64,000 nt of DNA from Promethearchaeota archaeon (GCA_048938855.1 JBHLLT010000007.1:34063-98062); one strand, 5' to 3'; positions 21,365 through 32,294 are shown, numbered from the stretch's first letter. The notes: generated by a model not told the origin, from the sequence alone. Translations and numbers: made by a program.

Positions 21365-21669
21365 TCCACAAATTCTTTATTAATTTCCCTTAAATAAAGT
21401 TTCATGAAATATCGTTGACTTTGACAATAAAGAAGTTTATCTTTACTTGTTAAATGCCTACACTTTTGAAGTACATTTGAAATGTCGGTTAGGAGTTTAA
21501 AATTATCATATTTTGATTTTTGTGGTATTTTATCAACTATTTTAGCTATTGGTTTATTAAAAGCTTCAAGTTCATAAAATAGGTCCTTTAGATTAAGAAC
21601 AGGTTCTGAATCATCTAATTTTGAAAAAATCATTCCTGTCATTTGTATATCAAGTTTATTATGATTCAT
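21361..21669 (-). CDS. Hypothetical protein
   Basis: 102-aa ORF whose stop codon overlaps that of the convergent gene. Confidence 0.6.
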   Translation of the reverse strand: MNHNKLDIQMTGMIFSKLDDSEPVLNLKDLFYELEAFNKPIAKIVDKIPQKSKYDNFKLLTDISNVLQKCRHLTSKDKLLYCQSQRYFMKLYLREINKEFVD

Positions 21670-21963
21670 TCAAATTATCGTATATCTCTATAATAGCTGA
21701 GAGATATCGACATATATATTAAAAACATATGATAAAATTTTAAGAAACTAGGTAATATTTAGGTAATATCTATAACAGTAAATCATTGCTTTAAATAAAA
21801 GCTACTCTCATATTTTATATTTATATACTTCAGAGAAAATTTACCGAAATAGTAAATTAAATTTAGAACTTTTGTGTCAAAAAGCATGGAATATTTTATT
21901 TTGTAAAAAATATTTCCCAAGTCAATAATTAATTATTGTTCAAGAATAATAGAGGTAAATAAT

Positions 21964-23121
21964 ATGCAAAATGGAGATGAGATTTATAACAAACTTCATA
22001 AAGAAATCGATGAACGTATGCCTGTTGCCTTCCCAGAACATGAATCCAGCTTAGAAATTCAAATTTTGAAATCGCTTTTTACACCTGAAGAAGCTGAGGT
22101 TGCCATCCATTTAAGTGCTTTACCAGAGCCTATAGATAAAATTCATAAAAGAGTTACAAAAAAAGGGATCTCAATATCTAAAGAAAGATTGGAGGAATTA
22201 TTAAAAAATCTTAGCGATAAAGGGGCAATTCAGGGAGGAGGTTCGGTATATGATAAAAAACATAATAGAAGGCGTTATAGATTGCTTCCATGGGCTATTG
22301 GTATTTTTGAATATCAATTAGGACAAATGACAAAAGAGTTTGCTGAACTTGCTAAAAATTATTCACTTGATGTATTTTATAAAGAATTTCACAAAAAAAA
22401 TACAGTAGGGCAGATTCGTACAATTCCTGTAGAAAAAAGTCTTTCTCCAGATTACACAGTAAGCACATATGATGATATAAGAGATATTATCACTGAAAAA
22501 GTTAATAGGATCGCAATAATAAACTGTGTATGCCGAGAGCAGCATGAAATTCTTGATGAACCTTGTAAACTTTCAGATATTAGGAGGTGTTGTGTCATGT
22601 TCAATGATGCGGCGGTTAGAAGGATTGATGACGGACTAGGAGAAGAAATTTCTAAAGAAGAATTCTTTGAAATTCTAAAAGATTATCAAAAAGCTGGTTT
22701 TGTACTCCAACCCGAAAATTGCCAGAATCCATCTTTTATGTGTATATGTTGTGGTTGTTGTTGTGGAGTTTTGACAATGGCAAAACAATATCCTAAACCT
22801 GCGGAATATTATTCCTCGAATTTTTATGCCCTATCGAATTCAGAACTCTGTAATGGATGCGAAACTTGTCTTAAACGATGCCAAATGGAAGCCATTACTA
22901 TTGAAAATAATCACGCTGTGGTAAATTTGGATAGGTGTATTGGATGTGGGAATTGTGTACCTACCTGTGGAATGAAAGCCATGAAACTCTATAAAAAGAA
23001 AAGAATCATTACACCACCTAAAAGTTCTGGGAGAATGTATGCGAGACTTATGATGAAAAAAAGGGGCTTTATTGGAACTCTTAAAATGGTAGGGAAGATT
23101 CTAACTAAAAGTAAAGTATAG
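21964..23121 (+). CDS. 4Fe-4S dicluster domain protein with N-terminal wHTH-like region
   Basis: CVCR, CICCGCCCG, CNGCETCLKRC and CIGCGNCVPTC. Confidence 0.9.
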   Translation: MQNGDEIYNKLHKEIDERMPVAFPEHESSLEIQILKSLFTPEEAEVAIHLSALPEPIDKIHKRVTKKGISISKERLEELLKNLSDKGAIQGGGSVYDKKHNRRRYRLLPWAIGIFEYQLGQMTKEFAELAKNYSLDVFYKEFHKKNTVGQIRTIPVEKSLSPDYTVSTYDDIRDIITEKVNRIAIINCVCREQHEILDEPCKLSDIRRCCVMFNDAAVRRIDDGLGEEISKEEFFEILKDYQKAGFVLQPENCQNPSFMCICCGCCCGVLTMAKQYPKPAEYYSSNFYALSNSELCNGCETCLKRCQMEAITIENNHAVVNLDRCIGCGNCVPTCGMKAMKLYKKKRIITPPKSSGRMYARLMMKKRGFIGTLKMVGKILTKSKV

Positions 23122-23227
23122 ATCATTAATATTTAATAAAAAATAAAGATATTAAGAAAATTATTGAATTCAAAACAAATGAACTAACAATTTTAGTTTA
23201 TTTAACTGCTTTATTTTTTTAGGAATA

Positions 23228-23752
23228 CTATAGAACAGATAATATACTATCAACATCAAGCCAACCTTTTAAGGCATGGATGATCTTTCCTTGTTCATTT
23301 ATAACGAATTGTCCAGGTCCTTGTTTCTCCCAACCTTCATATTCTCCATGTTTAATACCTAATTCTGTAGCTTCTTTTAATTTAGATTTTACCTTTGTGA
23401 ACGCTCCAGTTGTCATCAATCCAAGTCCATACTCCTTATATAATTCCTCCTTAGAGCTTGGAATTACCGGAAAATCTATTTTTTCTTTCTTAATGAATTC
23501 GTTCGCTACTTTTTCTCCAGATTGTGTAATATAGAGAATTTTAGCTCCTTTTTCTTGAATATCGCCAGCACGGTTTAGCAAATTTTTTAGGTCTAATTGA
23601 CAAATATTACATCCGAAATATCTTGAAAAGATTAGAACAATTTTTTGTCCTTTAAGCTCTGCTAAGTCAACAATACCTGAATTATATGATTCTAATTTAA
23701 ATAGAGGGGCAATGTCTCCTTCCTTTAAATCTTTTGTTCCCATAATTTCCAA
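23228..23752 (-). CDS. Peroxiredoxin-like AhpC/TSA family protein (CxxC)
   Basis: GDIAPLFKL, FSRYFGCNIC, LYKEYGL and QGPGQFVINEQGKI. Confidence 0.85.
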   Translation of the reverse strand: MEIMGTKDLKEGDIAPLFKLESYNSGIVDLAELKGQKIVLIFSRYFGCNICQLDLKNLLNRAGDIQEKGAKILYITQSGEKVANEFIKKEKIDFPVIPSSKEELYKEYGLGLMTTGAFTKVKSKLKEATELGIKHGEYEGWEKQGPGQFVINEQGKIIHALKGWLDVDSILSVL

Positions 23753-23870
23753 CCTTTATTATGATAATATCTTTAAAAATTAATTTTTTCATAAAAGATT
23801 TATTAAAGCCATTCACTTAGAAAAAAAATAAAAAATAAAAAATTACAGAATCGATGTTACAGTATAAATT

Positions 23871-25742
23871 ATGAATGACATTAAATTGAAGGGATTTGTA
23901 GGAAAGCTTTTAACTATAAATTTAACTAACAGGGAGATAAAAAACGAGCCCTTAGATGAAGAAATTGCTAAAAATTTCCTAGGTGGGGCTGGTTATTGTT
24001 GTAAGTATTTGTATGACAAATTAAATACAGATACGGATCCTCTATCTCCAGATAATATTCTAATGTTTATGACTGGCCCATTGTGCGGATCAAGTGTTCC
24101 TACTAGTGGAAGATTTGTAGTATGTGCGAAATCTCCTTTAACTGGAATATGGGGTGAATCTAATTGTGGGGGTTTTTTCGGTCCTGAATTAAAGAAAGCA
24201 GGATATGATGGAATTATAATAAAGGGATCTTCTAATAAACCAATATATCTTGAAATAAATGATAATGATATAAAAATCAAGGATGCGGGTATGTTATGGG
24301 GAAAGGGGATCTTAGAGACATCAAAAATATTAAAAGAAAGATTAGGTTCAGAATCCACACGTGTTGCTTGTATTGGACCTGCAGGAGAAAATCTCGTTAG
24401 ATATGCAATAGTAGCATCAGAAGAAAAGGCAGCAGGCAGAACTGGTATGGGAGCGGTAATGGGGTCAAAAAAATTAAAAGCAATTGCTATTAGAGGCGCT
24501 AAAATGTCATATAATGTTCATAATCAAGATAAATTTAAAGTAGCTATAAAAAATGCAGGGAACCACATCAAGCAGTCTTATATGTCTGAAGTCTTTGGTA
24601 GATACGGAACATCAGGAACAGTTGATGCTGGTAATGCTTACGGAGATTTGCCTATAAAATATTGGACTTTAGGTAAATGGGATAAAACTTATAAAATATC
24701 AGGTGTAACAGCCGCCGATACTATGTTTACGAAACAATATCATTGCTTTTCATGCCCAATAGGATGCGCTCATAAAGCTATGATCAAGGAAGGAGAGTAC
24801 AAAACTGAACACGAAATTGAAGCTGCTGAATATGAAACTGTAGTTGGATTTGGATCTCTAATTTTAAATGATAATTTAGAGTCAATCCAAAGAGCAAATT
24901 ATCTATGTAATGATTATGGAATTGATACAATTAGTGGTAGTGGTACCATAGCTTTTATTTATTACATTTTCAATAATCATTGGATTAAATCGGAAGATAT
25001 TGATGGCTTAGAACCAAATTGGGGAAATTTTGATGCTGCACTTAAAATGATAGAAAAAATTGCTTATAGAAAGGGGATTGGAAATTTACTTGCGGAGGGT
25101 TCTGATATTGTCGGTAAGCATTTTAACATTCCTCAGGATGAAATTGCAACAGTATACGGGATGGAAGTAGCTTATCATGATTTAAGACATATTTATGGTA
25201 TGGCTGTAGCTTATGCCTTAGGTACTCCAAGAGGCCCATGTCATGAATCATGTGATATGTTCTTATTGTTATTTGGCTCTCAACTTGAAAATTACGGAAT
25301 AAAAATGATTGGTTGGAAGCAAGATAATAAGGAAATGGCAATTGTAAGTGCACTGACACAAAATTATAGAGCCCTCTATAATTCCATGATAATGTGTAAT
25401 ATGACAAGTTTATCACCAGAAATTCTTATAGAAATCATTAATTCGGGAATTGGTTTAAATTTAAACCTTGCAGAACTTAAAGAATTAGGAGAAAGGATAT
25501 ATATGATGAAAAGAATGTTTAACCTAAAAATGGGCATTACTCCTGCTGATGATAGATTGCCCCAAATTTTACTAAATCCTGTCAGTGAAGGAGGGGCAGC
25601 TGGTGATACTCCTAATTTTGATAAATTAAAAAAGGCATATTATGAATTTAGAACTTTTGATCTTCTAACAGGTTATCCAAATCACCAAAAATTAAAATTT
25701 TTAGGCCTAGATAATCTTTTGAAACAAGATTATCTTTATTAA
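23871..25742 (+). CDS. Aldehyde:ferredoxin oxidoreductase (W/Mo-pterin, AOR family)
   Basis: KSPLTG..GESN.GG, AGRTGMGAVMGSKKLKA, CFSCPIGC, EYET, DYGIDTIS, GPCH and DDRLP. Confidence 0.95.
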   Translation: MNDIKLKGFVGKLLTINLTNREIKNEPLDEEIAKNFLGGAGYCCKYLYDKLNTDTDPLSPDNILMFMTGPLCGSSVPTSGRFVVCAKSPLTGIWGESNCGGFFGPELKKAGYDGIIIKGSSNKPIYLEINDNDIKIKDAGMLWGKGILETSKILKERLGSESTRVACIGPAGENLVRYAIVASEEKAAGRTGMGAVMGSKKLKAIAIRGAKMSYNVHNQDKFKVAIKNAGNHIKQSYMSEVFGRYGTSGTVDAGNAYGDLPIKYWTLGKWDKTYKISGVTAADTMFTKQYHCFSCPIGCAHKAMIKEGEYKTEHEIEAAEYETVVGFGSLILNDNLESIQRANYLCNDYGIDTISGSGTIAFIYYIFNNHWIKSEDIDGLEPNWGNFDAALKMIEKIAYRKGIGNLLAEGSDIVGKHFNIPQDEIATVYGMEVAYHDLRHIYGMAVAYALGTPRGPCHESCDMFLLLFGSQLENYGIKMIGWKQDNKEMAIVSALTQNYRALYNSMIMCNMTSLSPEILIEIINSGIGLNLNLAELKELGERIYMMKRMFNLKMGITPADDRLPQILLNPVSEGGAAGDTPNFDKLKKAYYEFRTFDLLTGYPNHQKLKFLGLDNLLKQDYLY

Positions 25743-26383
25743 AAATTCTTTTTTACCCACTCTTCAAATTTAATTTTTCTAAGCTGTTCAGCCCATAATG
25801 CTTTTAGATTTGGATCTTTAGAAATTATGTTCTCTTCTTTCAGAATGCTATATAATTTTTGGATGGCTTTTTCAATTAAAATTTCATATACGGGAGTTTT
25901 CTCATACACATCTTTAAAATTGTCTTGGACTTCAATCCCTAATTCTTTGATGATTCTCATCCAATTTTCTGTAAATTTTATAATGTAATTCTCTAATTTC
26001 TCAGAATCATCCATTGATATTATTGGAATTGTTAATTTGTAGTATTTATCTTCTAATTTAATTAAATTATACCATTCTAAATTCATGAGATGGTTTTCAA
26101 CAGTCCGTTCAGTCCATCTAAAGGATATTTGACAATCGTATTCTTCTTTGGTTATTAACAATGGTTTGGGTGAAAAATTGACTCTTTCATAAATTTCTTG
26201 AAAGGTTTTTGGACCTTTTGAAAGGATTATTAAAATTTCTCGTCTTACTTTATTATCCAAAATCCATGGAATTTCTGGATCATCCCATGGTTTTGCTGTA
26301 GTGAAATCAAACCATGGTTGAATTTCATCAACATTTATTTTTCCTATAAAACGATAATTATGATATTTTGTGTTTTCCTTCAT
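25739..26383 (-). CDS. Winged-helix (ArsR-like) domain protein
   Basis: RREILIILSKGPKTFQEI ... TVENHLMNLEWYNLI. Confidence 0.65.
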   Translation of the reverse strand: MKENTKYHNYRFIGKINVDEIQPWFDFTTAKPWDDPEIPWILDNKVRREILIILSKGPKTFQEIYERVNFSPKPLLITKEEYDCQISFRWTERTVENHLMNLEWYNLIKLEDKYYKLTIPIISMDDSEKLENYIIKFTENWMRIIKELGIEVQDNFKDVYEKTPVYEILIEKAIQKLYSILKEENIISKDPNLKALWAEQLRKIKFEEWVKKNF

Positions 26384-26412
26384 TTTAAATCTCCATTTAT
26401 CTTTTCATAAAA

Positions 26413-27375
26413 TTATTCTTCTTGAAGCATAGCCTCGATGAGCACTTCTGTTGCCTCTTCTTCAGTTAATCCTTTAGCTTGTAACTCATCTAGCCATTTT
26501 TGTGGAAATCTTCCTAAGGATGCTTCATGGGAGACACTTGAAGTAGGATCAATTGCTCTAATAAATGGTCTAGCTCTACAAATAGATCCCTTACCTAATA
26601 CAATTTCATTACATTCTACATGACCATTACAATTTGGAGCATTACCCTCAGTAACGCCGAACATTAAAACTTCTCCTCCGTCTCGGGCTGCAGCTTTCAT
26701 CTTAATAACACTTCTTGCATTTTCTCCTTCAAGAAATACTGAATCTCTAATCCTTATGGAATCCTTTTTACATTTACCAAAAGCTCTTATATTTGATTTT
26801 ATTATGCTATTTTTCATGGCATAAATATCAAGTAATATTTTTACTTTTCCCGGAGTTCCTCTTGTAAGATTAAAATTATTTTCAAATATACTGTTTTCAC
26901 CAACATACATATATCCAACTGGAGCGACTAATGCTCCTGAATTTTCACCATGATAATGAGTTTCACTGTATGTAAAATTGCAATTTCTTCCAATGTAAAA
27001 ATGCCCAAACATTTTGTGAATTAATCCATTTGCCTTTGGAAAGCTACAATGTGCTTGAACAATTACATCTGTATTATCTTCTGCAATAATTCTTGGAAAA
27101 ATTTCTTGAACTCCAGTTTCTTTATTTACTCCAAAACATAAGTGAACTGGTTCTTCGATTTTTGTACCTTTTTTAATAATTATATCAGCAACAATACCAT
27201 TTTCAATTTCTCTTCCTTTTAATATAACTCCATCAACTTGTTCTACTCCACTAATCTTATTAAAATCTAGTAGAAGTTTAGCTCCTTTACCGTGTCCAGG
27301 GATGAAATCTCTGATGTCTATGTTATAATCTTCAAGGCTTTCTAATATTTCTCTTGGATATTCTACACCACTCAT
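26413..27375 (-). CDS. SufB/SufD-family Fe-S scaffold (SmsB-like)
   Basis: PVHLCFG, AHCSFP, GHVECNEI, HEASLG and GLTEEEA. Confidence 0.9.
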   Translation of the reverse strand: MSGVEYPREILESLEDYNIDIRDFIPGHGKGAKLLLDFNKISGVEQVDGVILKGREIENGIVADIIIKKGTKIEEPVHLCFGVNKETGVQEIFPRIIAEDNTDVIVQAHCSFPKANGLIHKMFGHFYIGRNCNFTYSETHYHGENSGALVAPVGYMYVGENSIFENNFNLTRGTPGKVKILLDIYAMKNSIIKSNIRAFGKCKKDSIRIRDSVFLEGENARSVIKMKAAARDGGEVLMFGVTEGNAPNCNGHVECNEIVLGKGSICRARPFIRAIDPTSSVSHEASLGRFPQKWLDELQAKGLTEEEATEVLIEAMLQEE

Positions 27376-28169
27376 AATCCTTGTTCCTCTCTGAAAATTC
27401 TATCAATATAATCTTCATCAAAACAAGCACCTTCTCCATTAAACAATTTTCTCTCGCAAAATTCACGAAGCCCCGCTTTAGCGCAATATCTTAGCATAAC
27501 TTTCGGAAAAACATCTGTTAATATAGCGTCACCCCTCCATATGAGAGTTCCATAATCTGCAACCATACCTATGTCTTCTCTATGTGTAATCAATAAAATT
27601 GTCATATCTAATTCCTTAATTTTTCCAAAGATATTTAGAAAATCTTCAATTACAATGAAATCTAAACCAGAATCAGGTTCATCTAGCATGATTAACCTTG
27701 GTTTCATAGCAATCGCAGCAGCTAATTCAACTCGTTTTCTCTCTCCTCCACTTAATGTTTCATCAATTGTTCGATTCATGTATCTTTCGGGCTCTAAATT
27801 TACAATTTTTAACGTTTCAATAATTTGTTCTTTGATATTTTTCTTATCCTTAATCCCTAGGGAGATATACTTTGGAATAGATAGACCCTCTATTCTTGCA
27901 GGTTCTTGCCATGCTAACGTTATTCCTAACATAGCACGTTCAGTTATATTCATATTTGTTATGTTAACACCATCAAAAATAATTTCTCCCTCAGAGGGTT
28001 TATAATTTCCCAATCCCATTATTGTATATGCTAATGTTGATTTACCTGAACCATTTGGGCCTATTATTGCGTGAATAGATCCCTCTTTCACTCCAAATGA
28101 GACTTTATTTATAATTACACAATCTTGATCTGGTGTAGGTATTGTTAAATCTTTCACTTCCAAAATCAA
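27372..28169 (-). CDS. sufC: SufC-like ABC ATPase (SmsC-like)
   Basis: GPNGSGKST, WQEP, LSGGERKR, LDEPDSG and C-terminal cysteines; overlaps the SufB-like gene. Confidence 0.88.
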   Translation of the reverse strand: MILEVKDLTIPTPDQDCVIINKVSFGVKEGSIHAIIGPNGSGKSTLAYTIMGLGNYKPSEGEIIFDGVNITNMNITERAMLGITLAWQEPARIEGLSIPKYISLGIKDKKNIKEQIIETLKIVNLEPERYMNRTIDETLSGGERKRVELAAAIAMKPRLIMLDEPDSGLDFIVIEDFLNIFGKIKELDMTILLITHREDIGMVADYGTLIWRGDAILTDVFPKVMLRYCAKAGLREFCERKLFNGEGACFDEDYIDRIFREEQGL

Positions 28170-28393
28170 ATTAATTCACTTCTAAAAATATTATTAGGTT
28201 TTCAGAATGATTCTCAATTAAATTAAAAGTTATATCTTTAATAAAATTTTAAATCAAAGTAATTAATATTAGATTGAACTTCACTATAATGATTTATATA
28301 GGTTAATTTTAATAATGTAAGCTCAATAAATAACATAAGAAGAAATTACATTATAATCAAAAAATAGACTTTTAATAAAATTCGACTAAGTAT

Positions 28394-29194
28394 GTGAGAA
28401 ATATGGTAAAGAAAGAATATATTTGTAAGAAAGGTGAGAAATCCAGTATAATTATTGAAGATGTATCGATTGAAATTCAAAAAGGTGCAACTTTTGTTTT
28501 AGGTTTTGCTGGAATAGGATTAATTGGTCCTATTGTTGCTAATACGCTTATTGAACAACTTACGGATATAAAAGAAATAGGGTTTGTTACTTCTGAATAT
28601 TTACCACCCATTTCAGTATTTTATGCTGGAGTATTGAAACATCCATTCAGATTGCTTTATTCTCCGCAACATAATTTGATTGTAGGTATTTGTGAAGTTC
28701 CCTTTCAAATTCCAACTGCTTACAATGATTTAAGCAAGACAATTTGTAATTGGGCCTTATCAGAAGATGTTAAAGCAAAAGAGATAATAATCTTTCAAGG
28801 TATTCCACAAAGAGGAATTATTGATGATTATCCTGTCTATTATGCAGCGGAAGAAAACATGATGGAACATCTCGAGAAATTCGGCATCAAAAAGGTTGAG
28901 AAGGGAATCATAGTTGGTCCGGAAGCAACTATCTTAAACGAGGCACTCACGAACAGGCTCAATGCTTTTGCTTTATTTACACCTGTTTTAGAAATTCCTA
29001 CTCCTGAGGGTGCTGCGAGTATTCTAGAAGTACTAAATAAGATGTATGATTTAACAATTGATACAGCATCTCTTATTGAACAAGGTAAAGAAATAAAAGC
29101 GAAGATGCTAGAACTTGCACAAAAAGCTCAACAATATCAGCAACAGCAGCAACTACCTGGAACTGGAAAAGAATATACCGGTTACTTTCAATAA
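28394..29194 (+). CDS. PAC2-family proteasome assembly chaperone
   Basis: LGFAGIGLIGPI, LPP....G...PFRL and PTPEGAA. Confidence 0.88.
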   Translation: MRNMVKKEYICKKGEKSSIIIEDVSIEIQKGATFVLGFAGIGLIGPIVANTLIEQLTDIKEIGFVTSEYLPPISVFYAGVLKHPFRLLYSPQHNLIVGICEVPFQIPTAYNDLSKTICNWALSEDVKAKEIIIFQGIPQRGIIDDYPVYYAAEENMMEHLEKFGIKKVEKGIIVGPEATILNEALTNRLNAFALFTPVLEIPTPEGAASILEVLNKMYDLTIDTASLIEQGKEIKAKMLELAQKAQQYQQQQQLPGTGKEYTGYFQ

Positions 29195-29399
29195 AGTAAA
29201 ACATTTTCCAGAATTTTTTGAATAAACCTTATTTTTTCTTTAATTTATTTTATACATTAACCTAATTCTTTAGATTCGTTTAATGATATTCTATAAAAAA
29301 TAAATTTATAATTATAGTAAAGTTTGATAATATAGATAAGTTAAACCTTTAATAAACAAATATTTGAGGTAATGCATTATTAGAGAGAAATTCATACCT

Positions 29400-29819
29400 G
29401 TGCAAATTGATCAAGAGTTATGTGTAAGATGTGAGCGATGTATGCGCGCATGTAAAGCTAAAGCGATTTATTTTGAACATGGAATTAGAAAAGTTGATTA
29501 TACTCGGTGTAAAGCTTGTCTCAATTGTGTTCAAGTATGTCCAAGAAACGCAGTAGAAGTTACCTCAATTACAAGCCCAGAACAGATAGTTAGCATTAAA
29601 ATAGATCATGAGAAATGTAATATGTGTGAAAAATGTCTTGATGAAAATGGTAACTTTTGCCCCAAAAATTTGTTCTATAAGGATATTGTTAAAAAAGTTG
29701 GAAGAGAAGAAGAAGGGATTAGATATAAATATCAAGAAATTGTTAAATGTCAAGGCTGCTTAAAATGTGAATTAACTTGTCCAGAGGGTGCAATTGAACC
29801 TGTAAAATTTGAAGCTTGA
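29400..29819 (+). CDS. Polyferredoxin (4 x 4Fe-4S motifs)
   Basis: CVRCERCMRAC, CKACLNCVQVCP, CNMCEKC...CP and CQGCLKCELTCP. Confidence 0.9.
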   Translation: MQIDQELCVRCERCMRACKAKAIYFEHGIRKVDYTRCKACLNCVQVCPRNAVEVTSITSPEQIVSIKIDHEKCNMCEKCLDENGNFCPKNLFYKDIVKKVGREEEGIRYKYQEIVKCQGCLKCELTCPEGAIEPVKFEA

Positions 29820-29836
29820 CCTGTTTATATTAATTT

Positions 29837-30439
29837 TTAATTAGTTTTATTAACTTTTTCTAGAATAAGGGATTTAATCTCTGAAAAATCTGAAATAACA
29901 ACAATCCCTTCCATTTGTTTTAATTTCTTAATGTTTTCGAGTTCAACATCTCTAATTTTTAAAACTAGGGGAGATCCATTTGGTCTAGATGTCACTATTG
30001 GTTCTAAATCTTGATCTGAAGGGAAAATGTGAACGATTTGTCCACCTTTAATTGCTTGAGCTACACAATTGGTAATGATCGTATCAGCAATACCATGTAC
30101 AATCTTTGCAACACTGTTAGCAGAAACCGGACAAACTAAAAACATATCATAATTTCCAAGCTGTAGAGGTCCAGCATAAAAAGGTATATTAGGCGTCTTT
30201 TCAATTTTTACTTTTTTGACGGCTTCATTAAGTGCTAGCCATTTCTTATACCATTTAATAACAGCAACTCCTTCTTTTGATACAATTACCGTCAAATCCA
30301 CATTGAAATCATCTTGTAATTCTTTCATTAAATCAATAGACTCCTGAAGAACATAACCCGTCCCTGTCATGCCCCACATAAGCTTCATATCGCTATGATC
30401 ACCGTTCTTCTTCATATAATTTTGGTAAAAATTCAGCAA
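29837..30439 (-). CDS. Archaeal flavoprotein, AfpA/DmrX-like (HFCD flavoprotein fold)
   Basis: WGMTGTG, G.LQLG.YD and PVSANSVAKIVHGIADTIITNCVAQAIKG. The start may lie further downstream (MKKN or MKLM). Confidence 0.85.
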   Translation of the reverse strand: MLNFYQNYMKKNGDHSDMKLMWGMTGTGYVLQESIDLMKELQDDFNVDLTVIVSKEGVAVIKWYKKWLALNEAVKKVKIEKTPNIPFYAGPLQLGNYDMFLVCPVSANSVAKIVHGIADTIITNCVAQAIKGGQIVHIFPSDQDLEPIVTSRPNGSPLVLKIRDVELENIKKLKQMEGIVVISDFSEIKSLILEKVNKTN

Positions 30440-30911
30440 AATGTCCTATTTCTTCTATGTTATGTTTTCTCAAATGTTTAATGAACGAATTTGGGATGTT
30501 AGCAGGTAAACAAAATGTAGATCGGATAAAAGTTCCATTAGGAATTGAGTGATATTCATGTAAAATCCAACTCATCGCTTTGTCTTCATTATTTAAAACA
30601 CATCCCGCATTTTTGTGGTTAAACTCCGCTTTTATTGGTATTGAGTCAGGATCTTCCCATCGAATTCTTAATGTTGTTGGCCTTCCTTCGATTGTTTCAA
30701 CTACACGTTGTATTGCTCCCACATGGCCCTTCAAATCTTCAGGAGAGATCTCCCATTGAAAGGATTTATGGTTTTCAGGATGCCATAGTCTATAGCGTTC
30801 TGTATTATCAATATGATCCCACCACCAATCAATCATTTCAGGAGAAACTCCAAGTAGTTCATGTTCTACAATAAGATCGATAGTTTTGTTATTAGATTGT
30901 TGTTCATTCAT
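30399..30911 (-). CDS. PhlG/DAPG hydrolase-like protein
   Basis: GVSPEMIDWWW...YRLWHPENH...HNIEE...FLP.LY. Confidence 0.8.
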   Translation of the reverse strand: MNEQQSNNKTIDLIVEHELLGVSPEMIDWWWDHIDNTERYRLWHPENHKSFQWEISPEDLKGHVGAIQRVVETIEGRPTTLRIRWEDPDSIPIKAEFNHKNAGCVLNNEDKAMSWILHEYHSIPNGTFIRSTFCLPANIPNSFIKHLRKHNIEEIGHFAEFLPKLYEEER

Positions 30912-31055
30912 TTTTATATTTCTATTAGTGTTTTTGTAAGTTAAGATAATTCTTAATTTATGAAAAATTAGCTTTATTTATAAAATCTCATGATAAGAAA
31001 TAATAATTTAAGTATGAAATATTAAACTAGAATAAAAAAAATTATTACCTTTTTA

Positions 31056-32294
31056 TTGATTATGAGCGATTCAAAATATATTTATCTGGATAATGCTGCT
31101 ACTACTCCAATGGATCCCAGAGTTATTGAAGAAGTGACTAAACATTTTAAAGAGACATATGGAAATTCTTCTAGTTTGCACACAATAGGACAAAAAGCAG
31201 GCCAAATATTATTAAAATCTCGTGAAATAATTGCCTCACTAATTAATGCAAATAGAGACGATATTTTTTTCACCTCATCAGGAACCGAAGCCGATAATAT
31301 TGCTATTTTTGGTGTAACTTCGAAAAATAAAGGAAGAGGTAATCATATTATAACAACTTCTATTGAACATCATGCTGTAGAAAATCCGTATAAGGAATTA
31401 GAAAAAAGAGGATTTGATGTTACATTCTTACCGGTTGATAAATATGGACTTATTAATATTAATGATTTAGAACAAGCAATAACAAAAAAAACCATATTAT
31501 TGAGCATAATGTTCGCTAATAATGAGATTGGAACTATTGAACCAATAGAAAAGATTGGAGCGATAGCAAAAAAATATGATGTTATTTTTCATACAGATGC
31601 AGTCCAAGCTTTTGGAAAAGTTCCTATTGATGTGAATCAGATGAATATTGATTTGTTATCTGCTTCTGCTCATAAAATCTATGGTCCTAAAGGAGTAGGA
31701 ATGCTATTTATCCGCAATAAAGGAGTAAGAAAAGGATGGGGTAAATTTATTGAACCTATCATGTATGGTGGAGGTCATGAGAGGGATATGAGACCAAGCA
31801 CAGTAAATGTTCCGGGAATTGCTGGTTTTGCAAAAGCTGTAGAGATAGCAAAAGAAGAAATGGATGAAGAAGCTAAGAGACAAATATATTTACGAGATAA
31901 AATTATCAAATGGGTCACAGAAAATATTGAAGATAGTTATCTGAATGGGCATCCGACCCAAAGATTACCCAATAATGTGAATTTAGGATTCAAATATATT
32001 GAGGGGGAATCAATCGTATTAGATTTAGATATGGAAGGGATTGCTACTTCGACAGGTTCAGCATGTTCGTCTAAATCCTTAGATCCTAGCCATGTACTTT
32101 TAGCAATTGGATTAAAACCTCAAGAAGCTCATGGTTCTTTAAGAATTTCTTTAGGACGGTTTACAACAGAAGAAGATGTAGATTATTTTCTAGAAAAATT
32201 ACCCAATGTAATAGAAAGATTAAGAAAGATGTCTCCACTCAAAAAAGGAGTTAAATATATGTTTGATGAGAGTAAAAAGAATCACAAACATTAA
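31056..32294 (+). CDS. iscS: Cysteine desulfurase, IscS/NifS type
   Basis: YLDNAATT, SGTEADN, EHHAV, HTDAVQ, SAHKIYGPKG and STGSACSS. Confidence 0.96.
   Translation: MIMSDSKYIYLDNAATTPMDPRVIEEVTKHFKETYGNSSSLHTIGQKAGQILLKSREIIASLINANRDDIFFTSSGTEADNIAIFGVTSKNKGRGNHIITTSIEHHAVENPYKELEKRGFDVTFLPVDKYGLININDLEQAITKKTILLSIMFANNEIGTIEPIEKIGAIAKKYDVIFHTDAVQAFGKVPIDVNQMNIDLLSASAHKIYGPKGVGMLFIRNKGVRKGWGKFIEPIMYGGGHERDMRPSTVNVPGIAGFAKAVEIAKEEMDEEAKRQIYLRDKIIKWVTENIEDSYLNGHPTQRLPNNVNLGFKYIEGESIVLDLDMEGIATSTGSACSSKSLDPSHVLLAIGLKPQEAHGSLRISLGRFTTEEDVDYFLEKLPNVIERLRKMSPLKKGVKYMFDESKKNHKH

Noticed and set aside
23228-23752. Peroxiredoxin-like gene as a selenoprotein
   Set aside because: The active site is CxxC with ordinary Cys codons. 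I saw no in-frame TGA or convincing SECIS here or elsewhere in the window.
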